A stretch of DNA of 52,991 nucleotides from Lentisphaeria bacterium (GCA_041690595.1 JAWLHB010000023.1:62001-114991); one strand, 5' to 3'. Counted from the first letter of the stretch, positions 1 to 10,378 are shown. Notes: generated by a model not told the origin, from the letters alone. Numbers and translations: made by a program.

Positions 1-709
1 GCATGGGCGCGGGATCCGACGCCGTCGCGGCGATGATGGTCGTATATTCCATGGCGCCAAACTTTTTCAGCGTCTCATAGACCTGGACAACGGTCGTCCT
101 TTTCTGGCCGATGGCGACATAGAAGCAGAAGACGCCCTCCTTGCGCTGGTTGATGATCGTGTCGATCGCCAAGCTGGTCTTGCCAGTCTTGCGGTCGCCG
201 ATGATCAACTCGCGCTGGCCGCGTCCAATGGGCGTCAGGGCGTCGATGACCTTGATGCCGGTCTGTAGGGGTTCGTGGACATTCTTTCGTTCGATGATGC
301 CCGGCGCCTTGACCTCGATCAGACGATCCTCGTCCGACTTGATCGGTGGACCGCCGTCGATTGGCCGTCCGAGCGCATCGACGATGCGTCCAAGGAGCCC
401 CTCGCCGGTGGGAACCGAGGCGATATTGCCGGTACGGCGAACCTGGTCGCCTTCGCGGACCTCGGTATCGGAGCCGAAGATAGCGACGCCGACATTGTCC
501 TCTTCCAGGTTGAGGGCCATGCCCATGAGTTGATTGCCGAAGTCCACAAGCTCGCCGGACATGACGTTGGCGAGGCCGTGGACGCGGGCGATTCCGTCGC
601 CGACACTCAGGACGGTGCCGGTCTCATAAGTTTCCGATTTCACGTCGAAATCGGCCAATTGCTTTCGCAGTATGGCTGAGACCTCTTCAGGCTTCAGATC
701 GATTGCCAT
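1..709 (-). CDS. atpA: F1 ATP synthase subunit alpha (partial, runs off window start)
   Basis: Manual translation from ATG at 709: [18 protein letters not shown]...[16 protein letters not shown]...LNLEEDNVG...[33 protein letters not shown] (Walker A). Follows atpH. Not in the ORF track because it is truncated. Confidence 0.97.
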   Translation of the reverse strand, partial: MAIDLKPEEVSAILRKQLADFDVKSETYETGTVLSVGDGIARVHGLANVMSGELVDFGNQLMGMALNLEEDNVGVAIFGSDTEVREGDQVRRTGNIASVPTGEGLLGRIVDALGRPIDGGPPIKSDEDRLIEVKAPGIIERKNVHEPLQTGIKVIDALTPIGRGQRELIIGDRKTGKTSLAIDTIINQRKEGVFCFYVAIGQKRTTVVQVYETLKKFGAMEYTTIIAATASDPAPM

Positions 710-722
710 GACCGGTTTCCTC

Positions 723-1262
723 TCAAGCGTGTTGAATATTCTGTTCCAGGCGCAGCAGTTGTCCGCGCACACTCAGATCGGTGACCTCGTCGCCAATCTG
801 AATCGTGAAACCGGCCAAGAGGTCGGCATCGACGATTTCATGGCAGATGATCTGCTTCCCCGTCACGTCGGCAAGCCGACGCTGGATGGCAGCGAGATGC
901 TCGTCACTGAGCTTCCGGGCCGTGGTGATGGTAGCGTGGGCAAGACCTTTTGCGTCGTCGTTCAGATGATCATGAATGCGGCAGATATCCGGCAGCAGCG
1001 CCAATCGATCCTTCGAAATCAGGAAGTCGAGAAAGCGCTGGGTCAGCGGATGAATGCGTCCCGCAAAGAGAGCCTGCAGGACGTGCTGAGCCTGATCGGC
1101 GGGAATGACCGGATCGGCCACCAGCCGCAGAAGAGGCTCAGACTGAGCGAGCAAGGAGCGGATCTCGGTCAGATCCGCCGCTACCGCGTCGATGCTCTTC
1201 TCTTGCGACGCGAGGTCGAAGAGAGCCTTTGCATATCGTTTTGCCGCAGATTCACTTGCCAT
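723..1262 (-). CDS. atpH: F1 ATP synthase subunit delta
   Basis: [10 protein letters not shown]-terminus and [27 protein letters not shown]-terminus; lies between atpF and atpA. Confidence 0.95.
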   Translation of the reverse strand: MASESAAKRYAKALFDLASQEKSIDAVAADLTEIRSLLAQSEPLLRLVADPVIPADQAQHVLQALFAGRIHPLTQRFLDFLISKDRLALLPDICRIHDHLNDDAKGLAHATITTARKLSDEHLAAIQRRLADVTGKQIICHEIVDADLLAGFTIQIGDEVTDLSVRGQLLRLEQNIQHA

Positions 1263-1264
1263 CG

Positions 1265-1834
1265 TCAGATCTCTTTGATCAACTTGTCTACCAGTGCCTG
1301 GTTTCGAGCGTCATCGAGATTCTCTTCGATGACCTTCGATGCCAGTTGAATGGCGATACGGCCGCTTTCGCGGCGCAGTTCGGCCCGGGCGCTGTCGGCC
1401 GCGCTTTTGATTTCGCGGCGGGCATTCTCGAGCATGATCTGCGATTCGTCTTTAGCTTTGTCCTGGATGACACGGGCCGCTTCCCGGGCCGCCTTCCGGC
1501 CTTCTTCGATCAGTTCCTTGGCCTTCTCTTCAGCGGCCAGAATCATCGAATCACGGGTCGCTTCAATCCGGGCCATCTCGGCTCGTGCCTGGTCGGCCTT
1601 CTCGACCCCGTCGCGAATGCTCGCTTCGCGGTCATCGAGGGCGCCCAGAACGGGCTTGAACGCGAACTTGTACAAGATCAGCGCCAGCAGGATAAAGACG
1701 ACCCAGGTCCAGATCACCATCTGAAAGTCGACGCTGCCTCCGCCGTTGCCGCCTTCTTCGGCGGCTCGGCCGGCGAGGGTCGCCAACAGCAGCATGGCGA
1801 TGCCGCACTTGCACTTAAGTCGTTGGTGGATCAT
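1265..1834 (-). CDS. atpF: F0 ATP synthase subunit b
   Basis: TM helix IWTWVVFILLALILYKFAFKPV followed by LDDREASI and a long charged coiled coil. Start chosen at the ATG at 1834, downstream of the atpE stop. Confidence 0.93.
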   Translation of the reverse strand: MIHQRLKCKCGIAMLLLATLAGRAAEEGGNGGGSVDFQMVIWTWVVFILLALILYKFAFKPVLGALDDREASIRDGVEKADQARAEMARIEATRDSMILAAEEKAKELIEEGRKAAREAARVIQDKAKDESQIMLENARREIKSAADSARAELRRESGRIAIQLASKVIEENLDDARNQALVDKLIKEI

Positions 1835-1862
1835 TCCTGGTTCTCTTTCGCTTGGCAGCTGC

Positions 1863-2081
1863 TTACTTGATGAAGAGGGTGAGGAGGCAGACGAGCGCAC
1901 AGAAGAGCGCGACGCCTTCGATCATGGCTGCCGCAATGATCATGGCCTTGGTCATATCATTCGACGCTTCCGGTTGACGGGCAATGCTTTGCACCGTCGA
2001 CGAGGCCAGATATCCGATGCCGCCTGCGGCTCCAATGGCGACGAGACCGGCTCCAATTGCTGCGAGTAGCATTCCATTCAT
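1863..2081 (-). CDS. atpE: F0 ATP synthase subunit c (72 aa)
   Basis: GAGLVAIGAAGGIG glycine stripe, ARQPE loop, carboxylate in MIEGVALF; AAGGAAGG RBS upstream. Confidence 0.96.
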   Translation of the reverse strand: MNGMLLAAIGAGLVAIGAAGGIGYLASSTVQSIARQPEASNDMTKAMIIAAAMIEGVALFCALVCLLTLFIK

Positions 2082-2172
2082 AATTCGCGATCCTTCCTTT
2101 TGCGTTGAGCTATGATGTGGGTTGTTGTTGTGTATACGTTTGGTTGATGAGAAAGGTGAAGGGGGTGGCCGA

Positions 2173-2997
2173 TCAGTGTGCCGGATGATGTACCTGGCCA
2201 ATGAAGACAGCCGAGAGCAAGGTGAAAATGTAGGCCTGGAGAAAGGCGACCAAGAGTTCGATGAGCATGATAAAGACAGCCATGCCAATGGCGGGGATGC
2301 CGATCGCGCCAAAGGCGACGACAATGCCGATCAGGGTGAAGACGACAACGTGCCCCGCCAACATGTTGGCAAAGAGACGAACGGCGAGGGCAAAGACCTT
2401 GATGAAGAGGCCGACAACCTCGAGTGGGGTCAACAGGAAGAGCATCGGCAGCGGGACACCAGAGGGTATGAATGCCGAGGCCAGTCCTTTCGGACCATTC
2501 TTGAAGAGCGCCCCGAAGACGATTACGACGAAGGTGATGATCGAGAGGGCAGCCGTCACGGAATAATTGGCGGTTGCAGTCGTGAACAGCGGTATCAAGC
2601 CCATCAGGTTCAGGGTCAGGACGAAGAAGAAAAAGCTGCAGAAGAGAGGCGTCATCTTCCGACCGTCGATTTCGCCGAGGGAGGGGACGGCTATGTCATC
2701 GCGGATGAAGACCACGAAGACTTCGAGGAGATTGCTCAGCCCGCGAGGCACGCGTGTCGGTTTGCGCAAGGTGCCTCCCAGCAAGACGATCAGGAAGAGA
2801 GCAGCCACCATCAGCATCACGACGTGCAGGCTCATCCATGCGGGCAGGGGTATATGCAATCCGGGGAGATGCCATACCCGCGCATCGGAGAGATGATGCT
2901 CGATGTAGGTCTGGATAAGATCGATCCGGGACGGCTCGGTCGGTTCCACGGGAGCGGCTGTCTGCGCCAGAAGAAGTAGAGATGAGAGGTAATTCAT
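2173..2997 (-). CDS. atpB: F0 ATP synthase subunit a
   Basis: NLMGLIP, TATANY, essential Arg in AVRLFANMLAGH, and ELLVAFLQAYIFTLLS. Confidence 0.96.
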   Translation of the reverse strand: MNYLSSLLLLAQTAAPVEPTEPSRIDLIQTYIEHHLSDARVWHLPGLHIPLPAWMSLHVVMLMVAALFLIVLLGGTLRKPTRVPRGLSNLLEVFVVFIRDDIAVPSLGEIDGRKMTPLFCSFFFFVLTLNLMGLIPLFTTATANYSVTAALSIITFVVIVFGALFKNGPKGLASAFIPSGVPLPMLFLLTPLEVVGLFIKVFALAVRLFANMLAGHVVVFTLIGIVVAFGAIGIPAIGMAVFIMLIELLVAFLQAYIFTLLSAVFIGQVHHPAH

Positions 2998-3014
2998 GCG
3001 TGCCAGACGATCGG

Positions 3015-3443
3015 TTACGGTGATTGATGGATGGGAGGGCCGACGATGTGTGAAGTCGTCTGGCAGCTTTCCGTTCGCGAAAGGAGGAGGACTTCGGCGA
3101 ACAGCGCGGCATAGCACCCGCTGAGAGCAGCGAGGAGAAAGGAGACGGGCGAAACGAACTCGGTGATCAGGACCATCGCCGTCACCATCAGGAAGCCAGC
3201 CGTGCGCAGGAGGCGTACAGCCAGCCCCCAGCCAAGACGGCGGACGATCGAACCTTCCATGCCAAGGTGCATCGACAGAAGCCCCAGGCCGGAGAATACC
3301 AGCGCCACGGTCCAGCCGGCGAGAATGCCGCCAGCGTCAACCTGGCCGAGGGCCAAAGCCAGCATCATCGTCAAGCTCAGGGCGCCCAAGGCGGTCAGGC
3401 CATGCAGCCGGCAGAAGCGGAGCCATTCGTCACTCTTCATCAT
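3015..3443 (-). CDS. AtpI-like 4-TM membrane protein
   Basis: Four hydrophobic segments, located directly upstream of atpB. Assignment is positional. Confidence 0.6.
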   Translation of the reverse strand: MMKSDEWLRFCRLHGLTALGALSLTMMLALALGQVDAGGILAGWTVALVFSGLGLLSMHLGMEGSIVRRLGWGLAVRLLRTAGFLMVTAMVLITEFVSPVSFLLAALSGCYAALFAEVLLLSRTESCQTTSHIVGPPIHQSP

Positions 3444-3479
3444 GCATCAATCTGGGTTGGGTCTTCGGGTTGGGTTCAT

Positions 3480-3710
3480 TCAATCGCGATCCAGGGCCTT
3501 GAGGAGCTTCCACGCTTCGTACATTGCCCCGGTGACGCCAATGGCAAATCCAATCAGGGTGAAGAGTGGCAGCGTCTCCTGCTTCGAATCCAGCCAATAA
3601 CCGCCACCGGTGAATATGGCCACATACGATGCTGAAGTCGTGCCGTGGGCAAGGGTACTCGCCCACTTTCGGCGCTCAGACACTCGCTTTCCACCTTTGG
3701 CTGCGGTCAT
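3480..3710 (-). CDS. AtpZ/AtpI-family (ATPase gene 1) small membrane protein
   Basis: GGGYWLD...PLFTLIGFAIG signature; first gene of the atp operon. Start could alternatively be 3722. Confidence 0.8.
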   Translation of the reverse strand: MTAAKGGKRVSERRKWASTLAHGTTSASYVAIFTGGGYWLDSKQETLPLFTLIGFAIGVTGAMYEAWKLLKALDRD

Positions 3711-3746
3711 CGCTCGCGGCAAAAGGTTAAAAGTTTATAGACTTGT

Positions 3747-3774
3747 AAGATATTCAAATCTGCCCTCATGTCAA
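3747..3774 (-). promoter_or_regulatory. Putative sigma70 promoter of the atp operon
   Basis: Minus strand TTGACA (3774-3769), 16 nt spacer, TATCTT (3752-3747), in an AT-rich intergenic patch. Confidence 0.5.
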
Positions 3775-3888
3775 TACCGTACAGTCGTTTTTCGGCAAAA
3801 GAGAAATGAACTAGACGATTTCGGCAGGAGTTATGCTGCAGGCCAGCCAGCACGAGCAAGCAAGGATGATTGCGGTTCGCGTGAGGGG

Positions 3889-4989
3889 TCAGCGCTTGCG
3901 CCACAATCCGTAGAGGCCACCGGCCTGACAGAGGATGTTCGGCACCCAGACCAGCAGGCGCGGATGCAGGTGGGGCTGATCCGCGAGCATCTCGACCAGC
4001 ATGATGCTGCCGAAATAGAAGAAGGCGATCACGATGGCGCCGACCAGGCCACTGGATGTTTCACGGCGGCTGATCTGCAAGCCGAGGGGAATGCCGATCA
4101 GGAGAAAGGAGAACGGGGCCAAGGCCAGTGCGGCGCGCATGTGCAGTTCCATGAACAACTGGGCGGTTGGAATCCCCATTTCGCTGGCCAGCCTGGCGTG
4201 GGCAAAGAGCTGCCGCAGGGTCATGTCGCTGACGCGTCGCACCAGATTCCTGCGGTTGATCGCTTCGCCATAGTCCATGGGGAGGGTAATCTGCTCGGCG
4301 AACATGCGCCTTAGTTTGCGCGGATCGTCGGGAGCCTCCTGATTCACCGAGATGATGGAAGCATTGTGGAGGATGAGGCGCAGTTGCTTTGCGGCTTCAT
4401 CGACTTCGATTCGTCCGGTCGGCGCGGCAATGTTGCGCTGCAGCTTCTGGGTCCGCGGGTCGATTTCGAGGACATGGACGCCGCGCAGGTCGTTGCCTTC
4501 CTTCTCGTCCAGCTTGATGATGAAGCCGTCAAAGACGTGATTGAATGCGCCTGCTTCGAGAAGTGCCAGAGGGTTTCTGACGCCCGCCTCGCGAATCAGG
4601 ACACGGGCGCGATGATTGAGCATGGGTCCGAGTTGAAACTGAATATAGAAGCAGCAGAGGCTCAGCAGGATGCTGAGGAGGAGAGGCGGGGCAATCACCT
4701 GCAGGAGGCTGACGCCGCTGGCGCGCAAGGCGTTCACCTCGTTCTCCGCGGACATGCGATTGAAGAGGAGGACGGTGGAGACGAGGAGCCCCATGGGTAT
4801 GGTATAGCCGAGGAGCATCGGAGTGCGGCATGCCACATAGAGGAGGAGCGGCGTGACGGAGACGCCCCGCGCGATCATGTCGAAGACGCGTGCGAAATTG
4901 CCCGCCATCATGACGAAGGTGGAGATACCGATGGCCATAACCAGGTAGACGAGCAGGTATCGGGTAATGTAGCTGTTGAGTTTGTTCAC
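3889..4989 (-). CDS. LptF/LptG family LPS export permease
   Basis: 3 TM + periplasmic domain + 3 TM topology; RMSAENEVNALRASGVS motif and WVPNI C-terminal motif. Confidence 0.9.
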   Translation of the reverse strand: MNKLNSYITRYLLVYLVMAIGISTFVMMAGNFARVFDMIARGVSVTPLLLYVACRTPMLLGYTIPMGLLVSTVLLFNRMSAENEVNALRASGVSLLQVIAPPLLLSILLSLCCFYIQFQLGPMLNHRARVLIREAGVRNPLALLEAGAFNHVFDGFIIKLDEKEGNDLRGVHVLEIDPRTQKLQRNIAAPTGRIEVDEAAKQLRLILHNASIISVNQEAPDDPRKLRRMFAEQITLPMDYGEAINRRNLVRRVSDMTLRQLFAHARLASEMGIPTAQLFMELHMRAALALAPFSFLLIGIPLGLQISRRETSSGLVGAIVIAFFYFGSIMLVEMLADQPHLHPRLLVWVPNILCQAGGLYGLWRKR

Positions 4990-5067
4990 GCCGTCTCCTT
5001 CATGGCCGGCCAGTCGTGGTGCGCGTTGCGCAAAGGATACTGGTTGGGTCGCCGCTTTACAAGAGCT

Positions 5068-6504
5068 TCATTCCGGGAAGGGCCCATCGACATCGTCGCC
5101 GTCACCGTCAGGGCTGCCGGGGGTGAGGCGGCGATAGAGCCCAACGGGAAACATGAGGATGCGCAGGGGCCAGGTGCCGCGAAATTCGCTCAATACGGTG
5201 AGAGGCGAGGAACTGGTGGGTTCGCGTATGGTGAAGGCGAAGATGAAGCAGCCGATACGCAGGCAGAAGCTGATGACGAAGAGAAGATGGAAATTGTTCC
5301 AGACGTGGCCGGCCAGCAGCCATGTTTGACCGTCGAGGCGATCCAGCATCCATCCTCCGGCCGTCGCCCCCAGGCCGCCGGCGAGTCCGGTGAGGGTCAG
5401 GGTTGCGGCGACGAACATGCTGCGATTCTCGGTGGGGGCCATTTTGAGCATATAGCCGTTGTTGGCGATCTGCATGGCGGCGTTGAACATGCTGTCGAAG
5501 AAGAAGAAGATCGGGAGCACCAGCAAGGCGGTGCCAGGGGTGACCAGAAGGAAGACGATGACGATGATCGGCTTGCCGGCGGTGCTGAGAATGATGATGG
5601 GGCGAGTACCGTGGGCGTCGGCAATGCGTCCCCAGAAGCGAGCCACGAGGGCGGCGCCCAGGCCCGGGGTGCACCAGATGAGGTTCACCTTCCAGAGGGG
5701 CACCAGAAGCACTTCCAGGACATAGAGTTGCATGAATGCCGCGGCCAGCATGGCAGACGCCATCCATACGCAGTTGAAGCTGATGTACGAACGATAGTGG
5801 CGGTCGCGAAGTGGCTGCAGGAGCACATCGACGACGCTGCGCCCCTGGACCCGCGTGTTGATCGGCTCGCCCACCTTGATGAAGAGCAGGATATCGACGA
5901 TACCCGCCAGCACGCCAATGGTGACGAGCCAGCGAAAGAGCACGTCGGGAGCCACCGCGCTGAAGCGGTAAGTGGCAAAGGCGATCCCTATGTAGGTCAT
6001 GGTCCAGCAGAGGGTCATCAACTGATGCCTGCGTCCCCAATAGCGATTGAGGATGCGCGAAGGAATCAGATCGCCCATCCAGGAAAACCATAGCGGCACC
6101 GAGAGATTGACCACCAGGTAGTGAGCCGCCAGCAGGATGATCAGGATGTTCACCACGGCAAACCGGCTCAACCCGTCGAGCGCCAGCGGCAGGTAGGCGA
6201 TCACCAGGAAGACCAGCCGTCCACCGATGAGGCTCGCGAGAAAGAGCGGTTTTCGCTGGGTCAGACGGTTCGTGAGAAAGGCCCCATAGAACTGCATGCC
6301 CAGCATCAGCATCGGCAGTCCGCCGATGATGCCGAACTGGAGCTTGGTCGCTCCCAGTTGGCGAAAGAATTCGGTGGTCACCGGCGATTGAATACAGGTC
6401 ATGAAGACCATGGCCAGGCACCCGCCTGCCGTGATCAGCCGTAACCAGCTATTCAGTTCCCCACGCCGACTCTCTGGACGTATCGCGATTTTCTCCCTGA
6501 CCAT
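5068..6504 (-). CDS. MFS transporter
   Basis: About 12 hydrophobic segments, WGRIADAHGTRP motif-A-like loop, WFSWMGDLIP. Confidence 0.88.
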   Translation of the reverse strand: MVREKIAIRPESRRGELNSWLRLITAGGCLAMVFMTCIQSPVTTEFFRQLGATKLQFGIIGGLPMLMLGMQFYGAFLTNRLTQRKPLFLASLIGGRLVFLVIAYLPLALDGLSRFAVVNILIILLAAHYLVVNLSVPLWFSWMGDLIPSRILNRYWGRRHQLMTLCWTMTYIGIAFATYRFSAVAPDVLFRWLVTIGVLAGIVDILLFIKVGEPINTRVQGRSVVDVLLQPLRDRHYRSYISFNCVWMASAMLAAAFMQLYVLEVLLVPLWKVNLIWCTPGLGAALVARFWGRIADAHGTRPIIILSTAGKPIIVIVFLLVTPGTALLVLPIFFFFDSMFNAAMQIANNGYMLKMAPTENRSMFVAATLTLTGLAGGLGATAGGWMLDRLDGQTWLLAGHVWNNFHLLFVISFCLRIGCFIFAFTIREPTSSSPLTVLSEFRGTWPLRILMFPVGLYRRLTPGSPDGDGDDVDGPFPE

Positions 6505-6642
6505 CTCCCACTCCTGAATAAGAACAAGCAGCCACTATGCTACCCAAATGGCGATCTGTCGCCCTCATTTGAAGGAAAAAGGGTGCAGAGGGTGATGCGT
6601 GAACGGCGGCGGCAGCTTGCCGCGGGGAAGAGTGGGCGCGCC

Positions 6643-6692
6643 GTGGACGCAACCCCATGGACGGGATGGACGCAGTGGACGCAGTGAATACT
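6643..6692. repeat. Degenerate 9-bp tandem repeat (RTGGACGSR)
   Basis: gtggacgca at 6643, then atggacggg/atggacgca/gtggacgca/gtgaatact at 6657-6692. Confidence 0.6.
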
Positions 6693-6743
6693 CTTGGAGA
6701 TAACAGTTTGCCGCCCGGCTCCCGCCTCGTTATATTGCCCGGC

Positions 6744-8021
6744 ATGGGTAGGTTGATCCTCAGTCTTCAGATGCGTGAGGTTGTTCCCGCCGAGCGGGAC
6801 GACGTACATTTCCTTGTTCCGCGGTTGCTGCGGCAGGAGCAGGTACGCGCCGCGTGCCTGGTCTGCCCGGACTATCTGACGGCGCTGGAAGGTCGTGGGC
6901 GCGCTGATCTGCTCGGCCTGCTTGGTTGGCACGAAGCGGGCATCTGGCATACACCTCCCCCACCCGACTCGACGCCACCCGCCGTTGGCGCTGCCTGGTG
7001 GCACGCCATGTTCGAGCATCATACCCATCACCTCGTCGAGGCGATCGAGAGCTGCAAGCGTCTGCTGAAGCAGCAGCCTGCGGCACTGGCGTGTGCGCCT
7101 TCCTGCTATCAGCCCCAGATCCCGCTCGCGGCCTCTCGGCTGGGCATTCCGATTCTGGCGCACGCCCCCTTTGATGACTCGCCAGCCGGCACCGGTCTGC
7201 ACTACTCGGGCGCCATGCACCTGCGTCAGCATCTCGATCTGAGTCCGGCGTTCACAGGTGCCACCCGCGTCACCAGCTTCCAAGGTCAACTCCGCAAGGC
7301 GGTTGCCGCCGCCGAAGGAAGCCAGGTCGTGGTCGCCGGCTGCGATCTGACGGGGCTTGCGGCGGATCCGGAGCGTCTGGCACGGCAGGAGCAGCGCCTT
7401 CAGGAGCTTGCGCGCCATCTGGCGACGCACTATCTGCCACAACTCTCGACGTGGCGTATCCTCCACGCTCCTCCCGCCAAGATCATGCTTGCCCTGGACG
7501 ATCTCCAGCAGGTTGCGCGGCAGATTACGCAATGCCTTCGCCCGCTACCCCTGCGCGAGCAGTGGCTGTCGCTTGCCGACCTCTTTCACCTTCTGGTTCA
7601 AGCCGGCGCGGCCCAAGCGGATCCATCGTCGTCCCTGGGGTTCGCTCCGGTCGCGCTGGTTGGCCCGCTCTCTCCGCCGCCGGAGCTTGGTGAAGCGCTG
7701 GTTAACCGTCACGAACTCTGGGCGAGCTGCCGGCGAATTGCGCCTGACCTGGCGGAGGGTGGCTGCATTCCATCCATCGTACGGGTTCACGGCCATCCGG
7801 TTACGCCATCCGCGTTGCTGTTTGCTCTGGCCGACGCGCTTCGCTCTCCAGACTCACCGCACATTCGGATTCCGCCGGGGCCGCTACCGCAACTCCATGC
7901 CACCCGCAAGGAGATCCGCCAGACCGCGGAAGGGTTGGCAGCCTCCCATCCCGCGCCGTTGGGTCGTCTGCTTCGCAACACGATCCTCGATCAGTGTTGG
8001 ACGGCCAAACCGACGATCTGA
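6744..8021 (+). CDS. Hypothetical protein, possibly a degenerate polysaccharide deacetylase-like barrel
   Basis: Long ORF divergent from the MFS gene. N-terminus (RLILSLQMRE...VRAACLVCPD...LEGRGRADLLGLLGWHEAGIWH) resembles CE4-like barrels. Start uncertain (6657 or 6744). Confidence 0.5.
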   Translation: MGRLILSLQMREVVPAERDDVHFLVPRLLRQEQVRAACLVCPDYLTALEGRGRADLLGLLGWHEAGIWHTPPPPDSTPPAVGAAWWHAMFEHHTHHLVEAIESCKRLLKQQPAALACAPSCYQPQIPLAASRLGIPILAHAPFDDSPAGTGLHYSGAMHLRQHLDLSPAFTGATRVTSFQGQLRKAVAAAEGSQVVVAGCDLTGLAADPERLARQEQRLQELARHLATHYLPQLSTWRILHAPPAKIMLALDDLQQVARQITQCLRPLPLREQWLSLADLFHLLVQAGAAQADPSSSLGFAPVALVGPLSPPPELGEALVNRHELWASCRRIAPDLAEGGCIPSIVRVHGHPVTPSALLFALADALRSPDSPHIRIPPGPLPQLHATRKEIRQTAEGLAASHPAPLGRLLRNTILDQCWTAKPTI

Positions 8022-8070
8022 GCCCCGGGAAAAAGTCGAGAATTTTCCCAAAAAAGTTCACCAGCCATTC

Positions 8071-8098
8071 TTGCAAAGGGTATGGCTGGGATTATAGT
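8071..8098 (+). promoter_or_regulatory. Putative sigma70 promoter for tRNA-Tyr
   Basis: TTGCAA (8071-8076), 16 nt, TATAGT (8093-8098), about 30 nt upstream of the tRNA. Confidence 0.6.
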
Positions 8099-8130
8099 GT
8101 GAACCTTTCAAGCACACTGCGTTTGACCGT

Positions 8131-8215
8131 GGTAGGGTTCCCGAGCGGCCAAAGGGGACAGACTGTAAATCTGTTGGCAATGCCTTCGGAGGTTCGAATC
8201 CTCCCCCTACCACCA
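8131..8215 (+). tRNA. tRNA-Tyr (anticodon GTA)
   Basis: Acceptor stem GGTAGGG/CCCTACC, anticodon arm ACAGA-CTGTAAA-TCTGT, long variable arm, GGTTCGAATCC T-loop, encoded CCA. Confidence 0.98.
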
Positions 8216-8329
8216 TTTTCGCCTCACCAGCAGGCTGTTAATCAGCATCCATGCAGACAGCTGCTCCGGGTTTCAGGCGACATGCTCTGTATGCGGGGGC
8301 ATTCCGAAAAGGTCATGGTCGATATTCGG

Positions 8330-9490
8330 TCAGGCTGAAGCGGCGCGCAGGCGGAGCAGGCGCTGGCCGGCGGCATGGAGGGTGGCTTCCTGCTTGGCAA
8401 AGTGAAAGCGGATGAGATGATGCACGGGCTCCCTGAAGAAGCTGGAACCGGGTACAGCCGCAACGCCGATCTCGCGAGCCAGCCATTCGCAATAGGCGAG
8501 ATCGTCCGTGCAGCCCAGCTTGCCGACATCAACCATGACATAGTAGGCGCCTTGCGGGGTCGTGTAGTCAAGCTCGGCCTCGTCCAGATAGCGCAGAAAG
8601 AGATCGCGCTTGGCCGTGTAGGCGTCCCGCAGCTCGTCATAGTAGCTGTCGGGGAATGCGAGGGCGGTGACCGCGGCTGCCTGGAGGGGGGCCGCCGCAC
8701 CGACAGTCAGGAAGTCGTGGACCTTGCGCACGGCATCGATGACCTCCGGCGCCGCCACGACGGTACCCAGCCGCCAACCGGTGATCGAGTAGGTCTTCGA
8801 CAGTGAGCTGCAGCAGATCGTGCGGTCGAACATGCCGGGCAGCGCGGCCATATAGGTGTGCTCATGCGGCGCGTAGACGATGTGCTCGTAGACCTCGTCG
8901 GTGATGACAAAGGAGTCGAACTCCCGTGCCAGCGCGGCGATCAGCAGCAATTCATCACGTGAGAAGACCTTGCCGGATGGGTTCGCGGGATTGCAGAGAA
9001 TCAATGCTTTTGGCCGCTGCTCGAAGGCGCGTCGCAGCTCGTCGGGATCGAAGTCGAAGGTTGGCGGACGGAGGGGGACGTAGATGGGGATGGCGCCGGT
9101 GAGGATGGTATCGGCGGTATAGTTCTCGTAGAAGGGGGAGAAGATGATGACCTTGTCGCCGGGGTTGCAGGCGGTCATCATGGCAGCCATCATGGCCTCG
9201 GTGCTGCCGCAGGTCACCACGAGATTGCGCTCGGGATCGATGGGGATCTTCATGAAGCGCGACTGTTTGGCCGCGAATGCATCGCGAAAGGCTTTGGCGC
9301 CCCAGGTGATCGCGTACTGATGGGGCCCTTCGCGGCCCGCGCGCGCCGCTGCCTGGAGCAGCGCCTCGGGGGGGGCGAAGTCTGGAAAGCCCTGCGAAAG
9401 GTTGATGGCGTCGCAGCTGTTGGCGACGCGGGTCATGCGTCGGATCACCGATTCGGTGAAATGTCTGGTGCGCTCACTGGTTCCTGGCAT
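8330..9490 (-). CDS. PLP-dependent aminotransferase class I/II
   Basis: INLSQGFPDF, NPANPSGKVF, ITDEVYEHI, and PLP lysine motif SLSKTYSITGWRLG. Confidence 0.93.
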   Translation of the reverse strand: MPGTSERTRHFTESVIRRMTRVANSCDAINLSQGFPDFAPPEALLQAAARAGREGPHQYAITWGAKAFRDAFAAKQSRFMKIPIDPERNLVVTCGSTEAMMAAMMTACNPGDKVIIFSPFYENYTADTILTGAIPIYVPLRPPTFDFDPDELRRAFEQRPKALILCNPANPSGKVFSRDELLLIAALAREFDSFVITDEVYEHIVYAPHEHTYMAALPGMFDRTICCSSLSKTYSITGWRLGTVVAAPEVIDAVRKVHDFLTVGAAAPLQAAAVTALAFPDSYYDELRDAYTAKRDLFLRYLDEAELDYTTPQGAYYVMVDVGKLGCTDDLAYCEWLAREIGVAAVPGSSFFREPVHHLIRFHFAKQEATLHAAGQRLLRLRAASA

Positions 9491-9583
9491 GCGGTACGTC
9501 CCTGGCTAGGTGGGTACCAAGTGTACATGGCCGGGGAGAAAAGTCAATGGCGCATTGCCGTCAGGCGCCGTCAGGGGGGGTGA

Positions 9584-10333
9584 TCACCAGTAGTTGGTGA
9601 ACTTAATGGCTGGGCTGTTCTCACTCCTTCCGACCAAGCGCATACCGGAATTCATGAGGTAGACATTGCGGCCAACGACCTCGAGATGTCCGTCGGCAAA
9701 GGAGATATTGATGGTGTCGCCGTGATTGCCGCGATTGGCCCTGCCCAAACCGCCCATGTTGCCCGTATTTGCACCGCCGGTATAGCGGTTGTAGACAAGG
9801 TGATGTCCGGAGAAGATACCGGTGGTGGTGTTGTAGGAGCCACTCTCCGCGACGATCGAGATATTGGACGGCTTCTCCAAGCCTTCCGGCTTCCAGGCAG
9901 GCCACTTGGTGGGCGCGACCAGCTCGCCGGTTAGTTCCTGGTTCATCATGAAGTTGACCTGTCCCTGACCACCATGAACGACTTGGTTCCATGAGGGGCA
10001 CATGAACATGGTGTAAGCCATGATGGGGCTGCCGTAGAAGTCGCCGTCGGCACGGTGCCGGTCATCGGTAATGTACTTGCCATTGACCAAGGACAAGACC
10101 CATTCGGCTCGATACCAACTGAAGTTGGCGGGGTTGGGCAGGAATCCGCTGTTTTCGTCGGTATACATCAAGGAGGCCATGTTCACCTGCTTCATGCGAT
10201 TGCCGCAGCTCGCGCGGCGAGCGGAGTCGCGTGCTTTGGTCAAGGCAGGGAGGAGCATGCTGGCCAGAATGGCTATTATGGCCACAACCACGAGCAGTTC
10301 GATCAGCGTGAAGCGAGATGAGCGTAAAGCCAT
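9584..10333 (-). CDS. Prepilin-type N-terminal/H-X9-DG (DUF1559-like) protein, paralog A
   Basis: [24 protein letters not shown] and [19 protein letters not shown] before the ATG at 10333. Confidence 0.92.
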   Translation of the reverse strand: MALRSSRFTLIELLVVVAIIAILASMLLPALTKARDSARRASCGNRMKQVNMASLMYTDENSGFLPNPANFSWYRAEWVLSLVNGKYITDDRHRADGDFYGSPIMAYTMFMCPSWNQVVHGGQGQVNFMMNQELTGELVAPTKWPAWKPEGLEKPSNISIVAESGSYNTTTGIFSGHHLVYNRYTGGANTGNMGGLGRANRGNHGDTINISFADGHLEVVGRNVYLMNSGMRLVGRSENSPAIKFTNYW

Positions 10334-10378
10334 GAAGCGAGTCTCCGTTTGGAATGCTTTCATTACCGTGTACAAGTA

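Noticed and set aside
1..3710. Na+-translocating or N-type ATPase operon
   Set aside because: Standard B-E-F-H-A order with a separate delta subunit, and the c subunit lacks the Na+ ligand set.
8131..8330. tRNA-Tyr as integration site of an island or prophage
   Set aside because: No integrase or phage genes, and I found no duplicated tRNA 3' end in the window.
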